From: an uncultured Geobacter sp.
GTDB taxonomy: Bacteria > Desulfobacterota > Desulfuromonadia > Geobacterales > Pseudopelobacteraceae
DNA length: 62,796 nucleotides
Reading direction: 5' to 3'
Assembly (NCBI GenBank): GCA_964609805.1
Contig: CAZSTJ010000001.1
Coordinates: 1 to 62,796, forward strand
The notes beneath the pieces were generated by a model. That model worked only from the letters and a program-made list of their open reading frames with translations. It made no database searches and was not told where the DNA came from. This document shows positions 54,889-62,796 of this stretch, in pieces. A program made the translations under genes and the position numbers. How positions within the stretch are numbered: position 1 is the first letter of the stretch; every line of letters begins with the position of its first letter.

Positions 54889-56390
54889 ATGAAATCGTTG
54901 CAGATCCTCTCCGTAGCCTTGCTGTTACTGCTGTGCGCCCAGGCTGCCCAGGCTGCCCAGATCCGTGTGTATGTGGCCGATATGAATGCCATCGGCGTGC
55001 AGAACCGGGATGAAATGAAGGCGACACTTCAGATGTTGCTGGCCTCCCGCCTAAACAGTGACAAGATATCCTCAGTTGCGAGTGCCGCCGAAGCTGATGC
55101 CGTTGTTACCGGCACCTATGTGGTGATCGGCAAGATCTTCAGCATGGACGCCCTTGCTAAAACTGCTGGCGGCAAGACCCTGGGCAGGGCCTTTGTCCAA
55201 GGTGATAATCAGGATGAACTGATTCCTGCCGTGGGTAAACTGGCAGAAAAATTAGCTGCTGAAATGGAAAAACTCTCTTCTAGCGGAAAGATGCCGTCAA
55301 CTGCGACCGTACCGACTGTGTCGGCCGCCCCTGCCACGGCGAAGAGTGATTTTATCAAAAACGAAGGTCAGGTGCGGCCTATTCAGGCAAGCGAGTTTAT
55401 CAAGCCGAGTGACTATGAGCGAAGCAGTTCCGGTGGCTGGCTGAGCAAGCGGCTGGACGGAGCCGCCAATCTTTTGGCCGTCGGCAGGATTACGCCGGAC
55501 GGCAACCGTGAGATATTCCTGGCTGAGCAGCGTCGACTCTCCTACTACCGACAGGGTGCCGAGATGACGCTGGTAGCCGAGACCGAGCTCCGGGCTTCTG
55601 AAAAGATCGTGTCAGTAGACACGCTCGAGACTGCGGACGGTGGACTTGACATCTACGTTTCAGTGGTACGTGGCAACGAACTGGCATCTCAGGTATGGCA
55701 GTTGAAAGGGGACCGGCTGACCCAGGTAGCTGAGCGGCTTCCTTACTTCTTTCGCAGCTTCAGTCTGGCGGGAGGAACAAAGAGACTGTATGCCCAATCC
55801 ATGGGGACTGAAGCCGATTTTTATGGGCCGGTGTATGAAGCAAGCCGGAGCGGCTCGGCGATTTCTCTCAAAAACCCGATCACCATGCCACGGTTCGGGG
55901 AGATTTACAGCTTTAACCAGATCAGAGATAAAGTCGGTAATCTGCTGACGGTAGTAATCAATCCGGATAATTACCTGATCGTCTACGATCGTGACCTGAA
56001 TGAAATCTGGCGAAGTAACGACAAATTTGGAGGGTCGGAATTATTCTTTCAAAAGGATGATGCGAATCCATTGGTGACCAATGATAAATTTCGTTCAATT
56101 TACTTGAACCAGAAGATACAGGTGACTTCCAAGGGTGAAGTGCTTGTCGGCAAGAACGACGGCTTCTGGGTCTTGGGGGATGCCCGTTCGTTCAAGAAGG
56201 GTGCTGTCTATAACATGGTCTGGAACGGATCCAGTCTGGAGGAGAAGTGGCATACCCGCGACACTCAGAACTACATGCCCGATTACTATTTTGATGAGAC
56301 CCGCAACGAGTTGATGCAACTCCAGGTTGTGCAGCGCCCCGGTATGATGGGGGGCCGCGGCGCTTCCTCGTTGACGATCAAGAAGGTAGA

Positions 56391-56394
<4 letters not shown>
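54889..56394 (+). CDS. Secreted protein of unknown function (TolB-N/LpoB-like N-domain plus repeat-rich beta region)
   Basis: ATG 54889 follows GGAGG. The signal peptide is [22 protein letters not shown]. 501 aa. The ORF-track start 54829 is an upstream extension. Confidence 0.55.
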
Positions 56395-58999
<2,605 letters not shown>

Positions 59000-59022
59000 C
59001 GGTACATTCGACAAAGTGAAGC

Positions 59023-59060
59023 AAAAAGGGGCGTCTCTATTCGAGGCGCCCCTTTTGTTT
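59023..59060. terminator. Bidirectional intrinsic terminator between purA and argC
   Basis: AAAAA-GGGGCGTCTC-TATTC-GAGGCGCCCC-TTTTGTTT. Confidence 0.75.
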
Positions 59061-59072
59061 AACAGCGGTAGT

Positions 59073-59227
59073 GAATAACACGGAGCAACGGGGCAACGGG
59101 GAAAACCTGAAATGTATTCAAAAGCAAATCCTGGTTCAGAAGAGCGCCTTGGGGTGAGTTGACTTTTGTGGTCCAGTCCTTTGTTGTAAGGTGTTGCTTT
59201 CTCAGTTGCTCCGTTGCTCTGTGTTAT
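59073..59227. repeat. Inverted-repeat cassette (GAGCAAC 9-mer family), empty copy 5
   Basis: The left arm is GAATAACACGGAGCAACGGGGCAACGGGG. The right arm is CTCAGTTGCTCCGTTGCTCTGTGTTAT. The spacer is 99 bp. Confidence 0.8.
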
Positions 59228-59230
59228 ATT

Positions 59231-60271
59231 TTACGGAAACAGCGCCAGCCCCTCCAGCCCCATGGTCTCCGGGAAGCCGCAGACGATGTTCATGTTCTGC
59301 ACCGCCTGCCCCGAGGCCCCCTTCACCAGGTTGTCGATGGCAGAAATCACAATGATCCGCCCGGTGCGTTTGTCCACCAGCGGGGCGATATCGCAGAAAT
59401 TGGAGCCGCGCACGAAGGCGGTGCTCGGCAGACTCCCCTGGGGCAGCACCCGCACAAACGGCTCACCGCGATAATATTCCTCATACAGCTTGACCAGCTT
59501 TTCGGTGATGATCGCCTTGCGCGGGGCGGTATAGACCGTGGAGAGGATACCCCGGTCCATGGGTACCAGGTGAGGGGTGAAGGTCATGACGATCTGCTCG
59601 CCGGCCAGCAGCGATAGCTCCTGCTCGATCTCGGGGGTGTGACGATGGACCCCGCCGACACCATAGGCCTTGTATCCTTCGTTGACCTCGCAGTAGAGGC
59701 TGTCAACCTTGGCGGCCCGACCGGCACCAGTTACCCCCGAAGCGGAGTCGGCGATAATCTCGCCGGTCTTGATCAATCCCTTCTTGAGCAGCGGTGCCAG
59801 GGCAAGGATGATACTGGTCGGGTAGCAGCCGGGATTCGCCACCAGCTTCGCCCCCTTGATCCTTGCCCGCCGGACCTCCGGCAGACCGTAGACCGCCTTC
59901 TTCAGATTGGCCGGGTTGAGGTGCGGCTCATACCAGGCACCGTAGACCTGCGGGTCGCTCAGACGGTAGTCGGCAGAGAGGTCGATGACCCTCTTGCCCA
60001 GCTTCAGGAAGGTGGGGACGACCTCCATGGCCGCCTTGTGCGGCAGGGCGGTAAAGATCAGGTCGGCCTTATCTGCCACCCGTACCGGTTCCAGGTTTTC
60101 CAGAACAAGGTCGCACCGGCCGCGCAGGGTGGGAAAGATGTCGGAGATCCGTTTGCCGGCACTCTGCTCCGAGGTAAGGCAGGTTACGGCGACTTCGGGG
60201 TGACGGTACAGGATTCGAATCAGTTCAAGCCCGGTGTAACCGCTGGCACCGACTATGGCAACATTCAACAT
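59231..60271 (-). CDS. argC: N-acetyl-gamma-glutamyl-phosphate reductase
   Basis: '[14 protein letters not shown]', active site 'ANPGCYPTS'. 346 aa. Confidence 0.95.
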   Translation of the reverse strand: MLNVAIVGASGYTGLELIRILYRHPEVAVTCLTSEQSAGKRISDIFPTLRGRCDLVLENLEPVRVADKADLIFTALPHKAAMEVVPTFLKLGKRVIDLSADYRLSDPQVYGAWYEPHLNPANLKKAVYGLPEVRRARIKGAKLVANPGCYPTSIILALAPLLKKGLIKTGEIIADSASGVTGAGRAAKVDSLYCEVNEGYKAYGVGGVHRHTPEIEQELSLLAGEQIVMTFTPHLVPMDRGILSTVYTAPRKAIITEKLVKLYEEYYRGEPFVRVLPQGSLPSTAFVRGSNFCDIAPLVDKRTGRIIVISAIDNLVKGASGQAVQNMNIVCGFPETMGLEGLALFP

Positions 60272-60385
60272 GGTATTTCCTCCGATTGGTAAAGCTGGGA
60301 TAAAGTCTAGTGCACCCCTCCGGGACTGTCAATCAGTTTGGTATCCTTGACCTTCGGCAGAAGTTGAGGTTTACTGGGACACACC

Positions 60386-61216
60386 ATGAGCAAGTTACCC
60401 GGTACTATCCAGCTCGTCTCGCCCCAGGGGCATGAACTGCATACCCTGCGCGGCATCAATGCCCTTGATGTTGTCGAAAAGGAACGTATCTATGCGGGCC
60501 TCGTTCCACAGCGGCTGTACGAACTGCTCGGGATTTCTCACGAGACACTCTGCGGCGGGGACGGTGTGCGTCGGGTGACGATTATTGCGCCGGAGAGGAT
60601 GGGGCTGGCCCGCATCGAGGTTCGTATGCGCCCCGATGACCACGATACCGTCTTCTTTCTGGATATCGCCGATACCCCCTACCGTCAGATGGAGCTTTCC
60701 TTCTGCATCATCAATGACCCGGCGGCTCAACGGTTCGCCATCGACGTGGACGAGCTGGGGAGGGACAACTGTTTCTGCACCCTTGGCCGCAACATCCCTG
60801 AGGAGATCAGGGCCATGGAGGCCGGTCTCTACCCTAACCAAAGGTCGCGAGGCCTGCGCATGTTCCGCGAATTCTTTGCAGGATTCGAACGTTTCGTGGA
60901 TTCCCTGGGGATCGACATGATCGTGGCGGAACCGTTGACCTACGATAATGCGGTGCGTTACGAAGGGTATGGTTTCGACTATCTCAGCGGCAGGCAGCTT
61001 ATGGAACGGATCGATCGCGGTTTTGCACCCGGAGGTGAACTGACTCTGCGGCTTGATGGTTCCACGCCGTTTCGCCGTTCCGGTATGGAGCTGAGTGTGC
61101 ATGGCCGAAGCTGGGCGATCCACGACGGGCTCATGGACGAACCGTGGGAGGATGTCCAGATCTACAAGATGATCGGTGAGGACGCCGGTGTGAAGACATT
61201 TACCGAACGAAGATAA
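60386..61216 (+). CDS. Conserved hypothetical protein (possible GNAT-like C-terminal fold)
   Basis: 276-aa ORF with normal codon usage and no recognisable catalytic motif. 'GLRMFREFFAGFERFVDSLGIDMIVAEPLTYDNAVRYEGYGFDY' is loosely acetyltransferase-like. Confidence 0.45.
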   Translation: MSKLPGTIQLVSPQGHELHTLRGINALDVVEKERIYAGLVPQRLYELLGISHETLCGGDGVRRVTIIAPERMGLARIEVRMRPDDHDTVFFLDIADTPYRQMELSFCIINDPAAQRFAIDVDELGRDNCFCTLGRNIPEEIRAMEAGLYPNQRSRGLRMFREFFAGFERFVDSLGIDMIVAEPLTYDNAVRYEGYGFDYLSGRQLMERIDRGFAPGGELTLRLDGSTPFRRSGMELSVHGRSWAIHDGLMDEPWEDVQIYKMIGEDAGVKTFTERR

Positions 61217-61263
61217 TTTGATATGGTGCCATAATTTTTATGACTATTCGAAGGAGGTAGTGG

Positions 61264-62796
61264 ATGTCACGACAGCTTGACATGACGATCGGGAAGTTGC
61301 TTGACGAGATGGCGGAACGCTATCCTGACAACGACGCGTTGGTCTACCCGGAACGGGGGTTACGCTACAGCTACCGCCAGTTTAATGATGTCTGCCGGCA
61401 GGTCGCCAAAGGGCTGCTCGGTATGGGCGTCAGAAAAGGAGAGAACGTCTCCATTTGGGCCTACAACGTACCGGAGTGGGTGATCCTGCAGTTCGCCACT
61501 GCCAAAATCGGCGCAATACTGGTTACGGTCAACACCAGCTACAAATCTGCCGAACTTGAGTACATCCTCCATCAGTCGGATTCAACCTCTCTCTTCATGG
61601 TAAAATCATTTAAGGATTCTGACTACGTGGCGACCCTGAGGGACGTGGTGCCGGAGCTGGCCTCTTCTGCTCCTGGGGCGCTGAATGTCCCAAAGCTTCC
61701 CTTCCTGAAGCGGGTGGTCTTCATCGGTGACGAGACTCCGGCTGGAATGATCAATTTCAACAGCATCATTGAGTCGGGACGTGGTGTGACCGATGCCGAA
61801 CTGGCCGCCGTGGAGGCGGCCCTGGACCGGCATGATGTCATAAATATGCAGTACACCTCGGGGACGACCGGGTTTCCGAAGGGGGTCATGCTGACCCATT
61901 ACAACATTATCAACAACGGTTTCAACATCGGCGAGTGCATGAAGCTGACGGAGAAGGACCGACTCTGTATTCCGGTCCCCTTCTTCCACTGCTTCGGCTG
62001 CGTGCTGGGGGTCATGGCCTGTGTGACCCATGGCACAACCATGGTGCCGGTGGAGATCTTTGATCCGCTCGCGGTGCTGCGAACCATCGAGGCAGAGAAA
62101 TGTACCGCCGTCCACGGGGTACCGACCATGTTTATCGCCGAACTGGAGCATCCCGAATTCAGTACATTTGACCTCGCCTCACTGCGAACCGGCATAATGG
62201 CCGGCTCCAACTGTCCGATCGAGGTGATGAAGAAGGTCATCAACCAGATGCATGCCAGCGAGATCACCATCGCCTACGGCCAGACCGAATCTTCGCCGGT
62301 CATTACCCAGACCCGAACCGACGATGCCATCGAACTGCGGGTGGCCACGGTTGGGCGGGCCCTGCCGGATGTGGAGGTGAAGATCGTCGATATCGAAACC
62401 GGCGCCACGCTCCCCCCCGGCAAGCAGGGGGAACTCTGTACCCGGGGCTATCTGGTCATGAAGGGGTATTACAAGATGCCGGAGGAGACCGCCCGGGCCA
62501 TTGATCAGGAAGGATGGCTGCATACCGGCGACCTGGCTATAATGGATGAGAACGGTTATTGCAAGATCACCGGCCGCATCAAGAACATGATCATCCGTGG
62601 CGGGGAGAATATCTATCCCCGTGAGATCGAGGAGTTTCTCTATACCCATCCCAAAATCTCCGACATTCAGGTGTACGGCGTCCCCGACCGGAAGTACGGT
62701 GAGCAGGTCATGGCCTCCATCATCCTCAAAAAGGGGATGGAGATGTCCGAGGAGGAGGTACGGGAATTCTGCCAGGGGAAGATCGCCAACTACAAG
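61264..62796 (+). CDS. AMP-dependent acyl-CoA synthetase/ligase (3' end outside the window)
   Basis: My own translation from ATG 61264 (SD GAAGGAGG) stays open to the window end. AMP-binding motif '[18 protein letters not shown]', later 'GWLHTGD'. It is absent from the ORF track because no stop codon lies in the window. Confidence 0.85.
   Translation, partial: MSRQLDMTIGKLLDEMAERYPDNDALVYPERGLRYSYRQFNDVCRQVAKGLLGMGVRKGENVSIWAYNVPEWVILQFATAKIGAILVTVNTSYKSAELEYILHQSDSTSLFMVKSFKDSDYVATLRDVVPELASSAPGALNVPKLPFLKRVVFIGDETPAGMINFNSIIESGRGVTDAELAAVEAALDRHDVINMQYTSGTTGFPKGVMLTHYNIINNGFNIGECMKLTEKDRLCIPVPFFHCFGCVLGVMACVTHGTTMVPVEIFDPLAVLRTIEAEKCTAVHGVPTMFIAELEHPEFSTFDLASLRTGIMAGSNCPIEVMKKVINQMHASEITIAYGQTESSPVITQTRTDDAIELRVATVGRALPDVEVKIVDIETGATLPPGKQGELCTRGYLVMKGYYKMPEETARAIDQEGWLHTGDLAIMDENGYCKITGRIKNMIIRGGENIYPREIEEFLYTHPKISDIQVYGVPDRKYGEQVMASIILKKGMEMSEEEVREFCQGKIANYK

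Overview
GC-rich 62.8-kb chromosomal segment. Gene content and regulatory style look like a Geobacter/Pelobacter-type (Desulfuromonadales) genome; this is an inference from the fused nifEN, sigma-54 plus antitermination leaders, a GEMM-I riboswitch and palindromic 'PLSLWERVG'-type repeats. Left third: a nitrogen-fixation island. It holds an ArsC-like nitrogenase-associated gene, an arsR-rhodanese-isochorismatase-methyltransferase-cowN operon, modEABC with a textbook ModE operator, nifHDK, a lone receiver gene, fused nifEN, nifX, two tandem nif-type ferredoxins, a second NifX/NafY-like gene and draT. Remainder: housekeeping and central metabolism. This covers proA, typA, cbiET/cbiL, metX behind a SAM-I riboswitch, ttcA-like, thiSGE behind a TPP riboswitch, gltX, an orphan [NiFe]-hydrogenase large subunit, uvrB, a methylmalonyl-CoA pathway cluster (carboxyltransferase, biotin carboxylase/BCCP, mutase catalytic subunit, epimerase), a porin, hisZ-purA, argC and an acyl-CoA ligase fragment. 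No rRNA, tRNA, CRISPR or classical IS/transposase/integrase genes were seen. The most unusual signals are non-coding: (1) a ~103-nt structured repeat present four times in the nifHDK spacers; (2) a family of inverted-repeat cassettes whose arms are tandem 9-mers, one copy carrying a GxxExxY/PD-(D/E)XK gene and the others empty, several inside operons; (3) a palindromic REP-like element inserted in frame inside uvrB; (4) a minus-strand GEMM-I (c-di-GMP or cGAMP) riboswitch with terminator in front of a small secreted protein; (5) three nif leaders sharing a sigma-54 promoter plus a hexaloop hairpin/terminator architecture. Many long antisense ORFs in the six-frame track are GC-bias artefacts and were rejected.
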